In this document: piece after piece, positions 22,128-32,940 of the stretch
How the letters are laid out: every line of letters starts with the position of its first letter
Position numbering within the stretch: the first letter of the stretch is position 1
From: Squalus acanthias
Lineage: Eukaryota
NCBI GenBank assembly: GCA_030390025.1
Contig: CM059432.1
Coordinates: 68,388,001 to 68,452,000 of the forward strand
DNA: 64,000 bases
Direction of reading: 5' to 3'
The notes under the pieces: model-generated
What the model saw: the letters and a program-made list of their open reading frames with translations, nothing else
Databases searched by the model: none
Told to the model about the DNA's origin: nothing
Program-made: the position numbers and the translations under genes

Positions 22128-23740
22128 GGGCTAGAAATTCATTATAGCCCAGGAATGGGCGGTATCTTTAGAAAAGTTTGAGAATTATCACCAGGCGCTA
22201 ATGCTTTAGACTGCACGCAAAATTCATTCTCACTGCTCAAAGAAATGATTGGAGCGCTAAATCAAGTCTTAAAGGCCTAGCTCAGTAGCGTTACACTGAA
22301 AGGGTGGACCAATATCAGGTGCAATCTAATCGCAACTCATCATTGCCACAGGCTTTTCCCAGTACTTAAAGGGGAGGTTCATTGATACAGTAGCACCTCA
22401 TTCTCAGCATTGCTGGCTGTGCAGCTGCCTCAGCAAGGAGAAACACAACAAGGAGAAGGAGCTGGAGGACTGAAGCAGGTGTGCTCATTGCAGATCCACC
22501 TCAGTCGGGTGGTCAGGGTGATTGAACGCTTCAACAAATGCTACATACCACCATCTGTACCACAAGCTTCACACACTGCCCAAAGCACCAGACCCCCAGC
22601 ACTCACCCACCAACAATCTCTACCTACCAACACTCACACCCACATCTCATGCCTTGCACACAATGACAGCTATTCAACTATGATAGGCACAAGGGTCATT
22701 AGTTATTAGAATGAATGTGATAAGTGTGATATGTTTATACATAAATTTATTAATGGAGTTTGCAATATTTTGTGGTCTCTCTCTTTCACCTTTGCGCCCA
22801 GGAGGTTGCTGTGATATGGCGTGACACAGGGATGGTATGATGGGCATGTGGTGAACAAAAGGGATCTGGAGTTTAAGTCATCCTGGTGTGAGGCTGGAGG
22901 TCTGTTTGGAGGAGGTGGCAGAGTTCTGTGACCACCACCTTGGTGATGCGGAGCTGTCTAATACATTACCCCTCACTTAATTGAAAAAAAAAGAAAGACA
23001 TGCATTTATATGCGCCTTTCACGACCACCGGACGTCTCAAAGTGCTTTACAGCCAATGAAGTACTATTTGAAGTGGAGTCACTTGTAATGTGGGAAACGC
23101 GGCAGCCAATTTGTGCACAGCAAGGTAGGAGAAGTGCTGTCGGAATACCCTCGGAGGGTAAGGCCTCCTGGTGAGAGCCCTGATGTCCCGAGGGCGAGGT
23201 GGCATGCCAATACAGCCCCCATTAATGTTGTCAAGTGTAGCAGTTTGAATCTTTGAACAATAAATGTAGCTACTTTGCACTTGCCAGAAGACTGCTGATA
23301 CAAAAGAAGTTTGAAATTACTCTTACAAACTCATCCACTGGGTGAAACTGACAAGAAACCATTGAAACTAACCTGCCCAGACAGCTGCGAGTGATTAATG
23401 CTGATGCCTTTAAATAATGTCGCTGGAGCTGGCTTCCTGTAGCTGATCACCTGCTCTCCCTGTCACTGTCTGGTCGAGGTGCAAAGGTAAGTGGCGACAA
23501 TGAATTTTCCCGATCGGGCGCCCAGTGAGCATTGCACACTCACTGTCATCACAATCTGCCTGGTATTGAAGTCCCCGGCGGTACCTAGTACTGGCGGGGC
23601 ACCGGGGGGGGGGGGTGGGGGGGGGCGGATTTGCCGTGCGGCGTTGGATTCACCTCGCTCTGGCGCTACTGCATCAGTGCCCCATTACTGCCATCTGCAG
23701 GTGCTAACAGGAGGTGCTAAGCTACCAAATTATTCCCCCC
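22128..23740 (-). mobile_element. Internally deleted Harbinger of the 50687-61098 family
   Basis: TIR GGGCTAGAAATTC at 22128. Myb-side remnant to ~22690, then reverse-complement transposase N-terminus (ALTRRPYPPRVFRQHFSYL). Degenerate TIR near 23740. Confidence 0.8.
22984..23122 (-). mobile_element. 3' tail of a Deu-domain SINE nested in the Harbinger derivative
   Basis: Reverse complement of the 3' end of the SINE at 32567-32940. Confidence 0.75.
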
Positions 23741-24672
23741 TTGAGTTTAGAAGGTTGAAAGATGATTTAATCGAGGTATTTAAAATGATAAAGGGATTTG
23801 ATAGGGTAGATATAGATAAACTGTTTCCTCTGGTGGGGGAAATCAAGAACAGGAGGGCATAATCTTGAAATTAGAGGTAGGCCATTTAGGAGTCCTTCTT
23901 TTGCTTCATTAGACATATATAGGACCAGCCAGCCCTGCGTAAATAGACTGCCTATTGACCGATCACAGAGCAGCAGCTTCCACCTCCCAGCTCTCCACCA
24001 CTGCCACAGTTGAAGGAGGGAGCATGGTGCCTGATGATGCCTGATGGCAGCAACGGGAACCTAAGGGGAAAACCGAATAAAAAATACTTTGATAAATTAT
24101 TGAACAATTAAAAAAATTAACAATGAGATATCAATGGTTATTAACATGCTGAAACTGACGCCCGTAGGAGCAGTCACTCTCGTGTATGGAAACAGCCTTG
24201 AGCCTGAAAGTTAATACAATATAGTGACACATTTATTTATGTGGGAGAAAATGATATATTGTACAAGTGAGGAGATAAATGCCTATGTGCTAGAGGCAAA
24301 ATGTTGCCAACCCACTGATCTAACTATCCATACAAAAATCTTGTGTCGCACATGCCTGTGTTGGTCACACCTCAGACATTGGCCTGTAATTTGCGGTCAG
24401 CAGCGAAACAAAGGCGCTCGCCACTGGCCCCTTCTATGGCGAGAAGTTTGCCTTTTTTGACGTTCAATTGATTGCAGAGCTGTGACTAGGGGATTCCCAG
24501 CGAAGAGCTGCGGTGATGGTAACCAGCTGTCTAAGCAGCCAATCACATTGAAGAATTCTCAGAGAGCAAACCAGGAAATGAGAAGCTGCTTTTATCAGAG
24601 GCTTTTAAAGATGTTACAATGAGCTAAATAAAGGGACTTTCACAGGGGGATAATAATAGAAGCTGAAATATC

Positions 24673-26478
24673 GGCCGCGATTTCACCTACCTCGGCAGGT
24701 CAGGGGCGGCTGGGGTCAGTGGCGGGGTGTGACCCCGCTGCTGGCTCCAGCCCGCTCTGTGAAATGATTTTACACTGATTGGGCTTGTTAAGCCCACGCA
24801 GCGCGTTTCCCGGCCAATTGAAGGAAGCGGGTCTGATGACGTTACTTGATGACGCGTCATCTGCCGGTTTCCTTAAAGGGACCATGTGCAAATTTAGTTT
24901 GACAGTTGTGCTGTCAGAGTTCTACAGCATTGAGGTGCTGCAAACACTGATAAGTACTGCATAGAGGTGGCACGGCTGCACCCAGGCTCTCCCATGACTC
25001 CCTCCATATGCTTATAGAGGGAGTCACAACACACAGGGAGGTCCTCTTCCCTTCCCATGGGCGGAAGAGACCTCCCCAGGAGACCAACGCAGCCTGGCTG
25101 CACATTGCACAGGAGGACACAAGCAGGGATGTCAAAAGGAGGGCCAGGCTGCAGTGGCGCAAACCTTTCAATGATCTCAGCAGATCACGAAACGTTACTG
25201 CAAAGCCACACTCAACCTCATCCTCCTGTGTCACTCATCACATCCCCATCAATCTGCCTTCCCTACCCTACTCCTGCAAATCCTTACTCACACCAACTTA
25301 CCTTGCACCTCCACTCATCTCTCTCTATCTACATTATCACTTCCCCATCTCACTTGCCACCCCTCACACTCACCCTCATCCTAGTCCAATCATACCAACT
25401 AACAACACACAAGGGTAGGCGCTTGCGTGTTTTAGCCAATGTTCATGTGAAGTTTCTGTTAATGTGCTGTCAAACATTGAAATCTTTATTTTCAACACTT
25501 TGCGTTCTTGGACAGATTTGTATGTACCTTTGGAAGTGGCTTAGTGAGTTGCAGTGAATGGTGAGACATAATGGTACCCCCCGCAATGGTGATGAGTGTG
25601 AAAGGAATGGCTTGGGCATTGTAAGGATGCTTTATGGTGTTGGTGTGGGGTGGTGCCAACCTGGCACATCATGTGGCAGCCAGGGTGTACAGCATCAAGT
25701 GAAGTAAATCTGGCCATGGTGAGGCCATCCCTAGCCTCCCGGGCAGCAATGGTGAGGCCATCCCTAGCCTCCCGGGCAGCAATGTGGTCGGGTGCTGATG
25801 CCCTGTGTCCTGTGCAGCATCAGGTGATTGCGGAGAAGGTTGGTGTTGTTGTTGGTGCTGCTGGTGTGCCTCGTGCTGCTGGTGTTGGGGCTGATCGTGG
25901 TGGGATTCTGAGGACCAAGGTGAGATAGTTTCAAGGGCACCGATGCTGATGAAATAGATGGCAGGTGGACTTGAGATGACAGAAGCGATGTGTCAATGGT
26001 GAGAGAGGTTGTTTCAATGAGGTGACACTGGATAGAGAGTTTGCGCCAAACACTTGGAACCTGCATAAAGCTCAATCTCTCTTCCAAATACAGTTAGCAG
26101 CAGCTTCTAACCTTGGAAAGTGAACAGCTATGAAATGGGAGCTTGTATATACCATTTGCAGCTGTCAAGTTAAGAAATCATCCCATGCTGACACAACTCC
26201 CGACCTCCTTACCTGACGTGATCCCGGTAGCAGCGGGGAAGCTGTGGGCGAACTCTTAAAATCTAAAGGTGAGCTTAAAATAGTTTTTAAGTGTCTGTTA
26301 ACAACCTCTTAATAATCTAAATTGCCTCCCCTGCCGCTTGGTGTCGTGTCTTTTCAGCGATGACAGACCTGACATCTGGGAGATGAGTGTGGGGGCGGGT
26401 TGACAGCGGGTTCACTACCCGCTGTCAAAAAAAAAATTCCCACCAAACGTGCCTGCTGACCTCCTGAAAAATAGCCCC
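24673..26478 (+). mobile_element. Complete non-autonomous Harbinger derivative (1.8 kb), TSD ATC
   Basis: ATC at 24670-24672 and 26479-26481. Imperfect TIRs GGCCGCGATTTC / AAAAATAGCCCC. Myb exon-1 remnant AAPRLSHDSLHMLIEGVTTHREVLFP...AAWLHIAQ...QWRKPFNDLSR. Confidence 0.88.
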
Positions 26479-26854
26479 ATCATGAACAAACTTTTTTTTA
26501 ATTATTTTTTGAAAATAAATTAATTTTTATCATAATAGAGAAATTTGACACTCCACAAATATAACATTTTCCATTGTAGGCATCAGAAGTATGGGCATGA
26601 AGCTTCTCATTCTGTCAGCTGGATGGAGAGTCTCAACTCCCAGAATGCGCCTGTGTCAGTGTAAACACGCTGTGGACAGAATTCTGAGAATGCACCAATG
26701 TCATTCTCTTAGGTTAGGTTAATGGACAACATCGCATTTAGGATCGGGGAGGTTGGGGGGAGCTGCGTCATACACCAAAATGTATATTGTTCTGTGATTA
26801 TCAAGGTGAGGGGTATTAGTGCTGGAAAACGGAACTCTGCCCATTTCAGGGAGC

Positions 26855-27190
26855 CAGCATCCGCTTCAGACACTTCCAGATCAGGTATAACACAGCCAGC
26901 TGCAGAGTAAAGCTCTCACTGCTCTGTGACAGCAGCATGTTTCAGCTCGAACCTCAGAAGATATGTGCAATTTTTTTTTAAATCCACACTAGCCATCCTG
27001 CAATCTGTCTGAGTGAGATTGCTAATTAAGAGACAGTTTTGTGCTGTAGGCCCACTAGGAACTGAATTGAGGTTGCCCAAACTCATTTCTTATAGAAGCC
27101 TTACAGAGAGTAGAAAGAGAAGACTTTTATCCTATTAATCTGGCTGGATTTGAACCCAGATTCCAAAAATTAAAGGCCAGTATTAAATCC
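26855..27190 (-). mobile_element. Old tRNA-derived SINE, LF-SINE-like
   Basis: Minus-strand B-box GGGTTCAAATCCAGCC near 27140-27160 and a tail AGCTTTACTCTGCAGCTGGCTGTGTTATACCTG. Recognised from memory only. Confidence 0.4.
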
Positions 27191-27397
27191 AGTTCAGTTA
27201 AGTAAAGAAAAGATGTACTTTCATTTCAAATATTTCTCATCACCTAAATATTATTTTACAGAAAGACAAAAGCCACGAGTCATGAAATAGTTTTAAGACA
27301 TAAAATTATTTCCACAATAACGCACATATTCTTTATTCACTAAAAGACCTGTTTAATTAGATTGTTGCTGCTGATTCTTCGGTATTTACAAAGCATG

Positions 27398-27910
27398 GAA
27401 GGATGTGAAGGCCATAGAGAGGGTACAGAAAAGACTTACGAGAATGATTCCAGGGATGAGGGATTTCAGTTACGTGGATAGACTGGAGAAGCTGAGGTTG
27501 TTCTCCTTAGAGCAGAGAAGATTGAGAGGAGATTTGATAGAGGTGTTCAAAATAATGAGGGGTCTGACAGAGTCGATAGAGAGAAATTGTTCCCATTGGT
27601 GGAAGGGTCGAGAACCAGAGGACACAGATTAAAGGTGATTGGCAGAAGAACCAAAGGCAACATGAGGAAAAACTTTTTTACTCCGCGAGTGGTTAGGATC
27701 TGGAATGCACTACTTGAAAGGGCGGTGGAGACAGACTCAATCACGGCTTTCAAAAGGGAATTGGATAAGTACCTGAAGGAAAAAAATTTGCAGGGCTACG
27801 GGGAAAGGGCAGGGGAGTGGGATTAGCTGAAATGCTCTTGCAGAGAGCCGGCATGGGCTCGATGGGCCGAATGGCCTCCTTCTGTGCTGTAACCATTCAA
27901 TGATTCTATG
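27398..27910 (+). mobile_element. 5'-truncated CR1 LINE
   Basis: AIERVQKRLTRMIPG...LRGDLIEVFKIM...RTRGH...FFTPRVVRIWNAL, CR1 3' UTR and ATTCTATG-type tail. Confidence 0.9.
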
Positions 27911-28050
27911 CAGCCACTAAATATTGTGTTGAAATTATGCTCTATGGTATTAGTAACAACTACCTCGACGTGTTCACATGAAATTTCTTTGCCTGTGATT
28001 TTAGTCCATCACCAGTTAACACCTATGCCAAAATAAGAAACAGACACTGT

Positions 28051-28721
28051 GGCCTCAATATTACCCCCACCCCACCCCACCCACGACAGGCAGGAAAGAG
28101 TCGGGGGGTGTTAAAAATGAAAAAATTTTAAAAACGGGAAACACGTCCCTAACCTGCCGCACATGCGCCCGTTGCCATTTTTATGACAGGTTTCATCCGG
28201 CATTAACATATTTAAATTCTACGAGTGTCGCACAGGTTTCCCAGGGGTCGGTAAACCCGGCAGTGAAAGGGAGGCGGGAGCTGCTAGTTCCACAAGGTAA
28301 GTGCCTTTTCCAGCATTCCTTGTAGGCCAGGAGGAGCAGGAGTGGTCGCCCCCCCCCCCACCCCCAGCCCCTCAAGGAAGCCTGGAGACTCCCATCTGTT
28401 GATCACAGCCTCTCTCTCTCCTACCTTCCTCAATGGCCTCTCTGCCCTCCCCCCAAACTCCAATCGCTGACCTTCTCCCCTCCCGATTGCCAGGGGCCTT
28501 CCCCAAGCATCCCAGACTGTGGCCTCCTGCCGCCGGTTTTCCCGCCTGTCAGCCAGTCAGGCTGTCAATTTGGTCGGCTGCTGGGTGGGAAATGGAAGAT
28601 AAAATGTCAATGAAGTCCTGCCTTATATTCAGCAGGACCTCCACGTCTCCGGTCTCACCGGGTTCTAGGCCACTTTCAGCCTCCTCCATACCCTCCCCAC
28701 CTCACCGTAAATATCCGGGAC
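28051..28721. mobile_element. Harbinger-type MITE, degenerate TIRs
   Basis: GGCCTCAATATTAC ... GTAAATATCCGGGAC ends. GC-rich, non-coding, embedded in AT-rich DNA. Confidence 0.5.
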
Positions 28722-29346
28722 ATTATATGGATAGGTTAAAAGATTAGTTGGACCGAGTGCAATTTCAACTAATTAGTGTTTCATTAGTTAAGATGTTTCA
28801 TGAGCATTCACATATTTTCAATTTGTTTGAGCTTCCATCTTGGTACTTGTAATTAATCTTTTAACTATGACCACTGGATGCTTTATATGTAATTTACAAT
28901 TAGTTAAAATACTAAGACAGTATTGAAATTGCATGAATTTACATTTAAAAATCTGGGTAATGCAGTATTCTAGTCTAACAAAATACCTGGAATCCTTCAT
29001 TATTTATTTTTATTTAGGATATCATGGTATAAATTATAAAATGTATTTTAATACTTTAGGATCATTATTAAAAAATATACAAGAACTGACAATTGACAAG
29101 ATTGGATTATAATTATAAGAAGGGGATATCATATAAAAATGACTTGTTTAATAGTAGTTTACACGAAGAGATTTCTTTGTTAGTCATCTGTATTGTTGTA
29201 TTGATTGTTACCACATCTTTTCATAATTGATTAAAACACACAATTAAATTAGGAAACCACACTGATATTTTTATGTTTTGTAGATTGATATCTGCTTTTA
29301 AAATGTTACTTCAAATTCTGACAAACAATTAATAGAAGTTGCTCAC

Positions 29347-29511
29347 CTTTGTTATTTTCCACGGCAAGAACACCTGTGAAACAGCGACTCTGTGTCGCCA
29401 CCCGGGCCAATATCCGTATAAAGCACTGTATTGCATTGCCACCTTCTGGTAAACTGGGGGAAATGCATTTCTGACAAATTCATTGCAATGTGATCCAGCT
29501 CTATCTTCCAT
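29347..29511 (-). other. Candidate 165-nt exon in unique DNA, overlapping a CTCF-like motif
   Basis: Acceptor GACTTCCCTTTCAG|ATG and donor AAG|GTGAGC. The phase-0 frame is open (MEDRAGSHCNEF...LPWKITK), but the protein is not recognised. Confidence 0.35.
29435..29467 (-). promoter_or_regulatory. CTCF-like site with upstream motif
   Basis: Minus strand TGCATTTCC-CCCAGT-TTACCAGAAGGTGGCAAT resembles the upstream TGCAnTnCC motif plus the CCASYAGRKGGCR core. Confidence 0.45.
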
Positions 29512-29645
29512 CTGAAAGGGAAGTCATTATCATAAGTAAATAATCTCCAAAGTATATTAAGAATACATCTTATCATATATACTTGTATAATGCAGTAAAC
29601 ATCAAATGCAAACGGAAATGTATAAACAGTGTGATTAAATACAGG

Positions 29646-30214
29646 CAATTCACCCCTCCACGCTCACTCAGACCTCACCGTCCTCGGCCTCTTGCATTGT
29701 TCCACGGAAGCGCAGCGTAAGCTCCAGGAACAGCACCTCATCTTCCGTTTAGGCACTTTACAGCCTTCCGGACTCAATATCGAGTTCAACAATTTCAGAT
29801 CATAACCCCGGCTCCTACCACATATGTATACATTTTATCCACTCTTTTGGTCCGTGCCTTTTTCCTTTTTTTCTCTCTCTCCCCCCACGGCAGCTGTCTC
29901 TGATTCTGCCAGCATTTCACACCTTACCTTTTGTTTCTCAACCTGTCCCATTACCATCTCGTCTTGCCTTGAGCATCTCTCAATGTCTCTACTCACTAAA
30001 GACCATCCCTTTTGTTCTTTTATTCCTCCCCCCAGCCTCCCCCTTGCATTTTTATCTGTTTATTTCTTGCTCTTTCAGTTCCGACGAAGGGTTTCGACCT
30101 GAAACGTTAACTCTCTTTCTCTCTCCACGGATGTTACCTGGCCTGCTGAGTTTTTCCAGCGTTTTCTGTTGTTATTTCAGATTTCCAGCATCCGCAGTAT
30201 TTTGCTATCGCATC
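29646..30214 (+). mobile_element. 5'-truncated Penelope-like element (GIY-YIG C-terminus plus terminal repeat), 14-bp TSD
   Basis: NSPLHAHSDLTVLGLLHC...KLQEQHLIFRLGTLQPSGLNIEFNNFRS*. Perfect TGATTAAATACAGG at 29632-29645 and 30215-30228. Hammerhead motif at 30077-30112 with CCGACGA in place of CTGACGA. Confidence 0.88.
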
Positions 30215-30232
30215 TGATTAAATACAGGTATT

Positions 30233-30996
30233 GGCCCAGAAATTGGACTTCGATGGTTGCCGCGGGGGTAAGGATCCCCCGCGATATCGCACTCCGCGCC
30301 TGCCTTTATGGTTTTGGCCCACACGAACTTCAGCTCCTGGGCCTCTCCCTGGTGCCGGCGCGCAGTGTGTGCGTGTCCCAGAGGCGCAGTTAGTTCGATG
30401 CGACCTCTGGGATCACGTGGGCCAGTTAGAGCCAATGGCAGCACACCATCTTTCATTCATAGTTTTGACAGGAAGAGCTGTCAAAGCTATGAATACAACT
30501 TGCCCCCAAAAGAACAGCTGAACCTCAATTAAATTTTTAAAAAACCATCACATTAATAAAATAACTATAGTTAAATAAATTAACCACTTTAAACAAAAAT
30601 TAAAATTTTTGAAAAAATTTAAATTCTTTTTAAAAGTTATAAAAATAAACTTACCTTTCTTTAAAGTCTCTAAAAAAGATAAAACTGTTGAAAAAAATTT
30701 AAAATAATACTTAATTAACTACTTACCTTGTTAAAAGGGGGTCTTACGCCTCCTTTCTTCATGTGTAAAATCTTCAACACTTACCTTCGCGTTCAAACCT
30801 GAAAAAAAAACTAAGTGCGCTGCGTGCGCACAGCCTGTAGTGCGCACGCGGTTCACTTAGGAACCGCCCCCTTCGCAATATCAGAAGTGCCGGTTTCCCG
30901 CGCATGCGCAGTGCATGCAGGAAACCGGCACTTCGGGACCGAATATGGGTGAGTACACAGTGCGTACTCTCCCGTATTCGGACGAATTTCTGGGCC
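30233..30996 (-). mobile_element. Harbinger-type MITE (764 bp)
   Basis: TIR GGCCCAGAAATT / AATTTCTGGGCC, flanks ATT/AAT. Inverted relative of 44329-45064. Confidence 0.85.
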
Positions 30997-31619
30997 AATA
31001 TCTATCTTTCTATTTTTGCAATTGCAAGTTTCAATTTCTTCTGTTAATGTGTATTTTCTGTGTATAATCTTGTTATCATCTAACACTTGTGCCCAACATC
31101 TTTTGTTTAAAATTAAGATTGTTCTAACAGCTAACTAATTAATTGCAATCTCCTAAAATAATAAAAGTACAATAGGTGAGGGGGGGGGGGGTCATATAAC
31201 TATGACTCTAACATGTTCACATATTATCCACGAAATACCTGAATAAGTACAATCTTTTGAAATAATTGCCTAATTAACCTCTTAAGGCGCATTAAACAAA
31301 AGGCTGTATGTTCACAAAAGATGAATATACACTTTACTGTATTGTTGCTGCTATGTATTGATGTAATGGTGGATTGATCAACACAATGGGTCGGCACCTG
31401 TTCTTTTACTTCTAGAAAATCTGTTTCAATTCCATACAATAGCCAAACTCAGGATCCAGTATTATCTCAGTAAATCATTAGTAAATCTTTGTAGTTGGAT
31501 ATAGATTAATGGATCAACATCTTGAATAATATAATTTGCTAAGAACTAATTTGGTAAACAAAACATCTTGTTTTATTTAACTTTCAAACTGAAAGAGATG
31601 TGAGCTCTCCGAAATCTCC

Positions 31620-31780
31620 GGGTGATTAGATTTTGCCTTCATCGCCTGGGCAGTAATCTGATGGAGCAGATCACCTGCCCATTGAAATCAAATGGATTGA
31701 AAATCAGACAGGTTCTATAATGGGTGGCTGATCCACTCTGCCAGATTAGTGCCCAGGTAGTGAAGATGAAATTCTGCCCC
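31620..31780. repeat. Foldback (palindromic) mini-element
   Basis: CTTCATCGCCTGGGCAGTAATCTG...GATCACCTGCCCATT pairs imperfectly with AATGGGTGGCTGATC...CAGATTAGTGCCCAGGTAGTGAAG. Ends in AAATTCTGCCCC. Confidence 0.65.
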
Positions 31781-32566
31781 AGTAAGTTTTTCTGGTAAGT
31801 AGTAGACTAGAAAGATCTTAAGTTCGATCTGTGGTCTGTGCTGAAATTATGAAAAATTGATTTAAAAACAAAAAAGACATGAAAGAACAATACAAAGATA
31901 GTTACTGTCTAAAAGATGGAAATCGTTTCCTTTCTTAATTATTTAGACATGTGATACTAAACGGCAACTATTGTGTTAATGGCACTGAAATTAAAAGGGT
32001 TCATGTTTAAATTTGGGTGAAGTAAACATCTATTTTATATACTAAATTAAACCTAGTACATAATTGTAAAAGCTTCGAGTTTTCTAACAGGCATGGATCG
32101 ACTTTACAGCATGGGCCAGTTCTGTGGCAAAAAGAGAAACTGTGCATGTGGATTTGCATCATAAACCTGCAACAGATCAAAATTAAGTGCCTTTGCTTCC
32201 CCAACTGCCCTCACCCTCCTGTAACCAGCTTGACCTCCACCTACCACTAATTGTGCTTTTTCATAATTTCTTCCAAATATGATATATAGCCATTCCCTGA
32301 ACATTAACCAGGTGGAAAAGTCCAGCTATTAGAGGGCTGGGGCAGTTTATAGGAAATGGGTAGGCTATAGGAGGACAGCAGTGTTCACTTGCTGTCTTGT
32401 GAAACAGATCTTGAATCAGTATTATAAGGCAGTTTCACGAAGAAGAGCATGGATGCTGGATTCATACAGTAATGTGTCAATGTTCATGTCTCTGCTAAAT
32501 ATGACATCTGGCTTTCCTTTTGTCTAACTGTCTTGTCCCTGTTGCTGTCTGTCGCTGTCTCTGTCT

Positions 32567-32940
32567 CTAGGCTGACACTTCAGTGCAGTACTGAGGGAGT
32601 GCTACATTTTTGGAGGTGCCGTCTTTCAGATAAAACATTAAACCGAGACCCTCTCTTAGGTGGATGTAAAAGATCCCATGGCACTATTTCGAAGAAGAGC
32701 AGGGGAGTTCTCCCCGGTGTCCTGACCAATATTTATCCCTCAACCAACATCACTAAAACAGATTATCTGGTCATTATCACATTGCTGTTTGTGGAGGCTT
32801 GCTGTGCGCAAATTTGCTGCCATGTTTCCTACATTACAACAGTGACTACATTTCAAAAGTACTTCACTGGCTATAAGGCACTTTGGGACGTCCTGAGGTC
32901 GTGAAAGGCGCGATATAAATGCAAGTCTTTCTTTCTTTTT
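32567..32940 (+). mobile_element. Deu-domain SINE (SacSINE1-like), 5'-truncated
   Basis: GTGGATGTAAAAGATCCCATGGCACTATTTCGAAGAAGAGCAGGGGAGTTCTCCCCGGTGTCCTG core and an L2-like ATATAAATGCAAGTCTTTC tail. Second copy at 45919-46330. Confidence 0.8.

Larger units (their letters stand above)
19990..23895 (+). mobile_element. CR1 RT C-terminal fragment split by a solo LTR and a Harbinger derivative (CR1 pieces ~19990-20371, 22039-22127, 23741-23895)
   Basis: EQRDLGVYVHKSLK...KKANGILAFISRG...LVRTHLEYCIQIW continues as ...RFTRMI... and then LEFRRLKDDLIEVFK across the two insertions. Confidence 0.85.
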
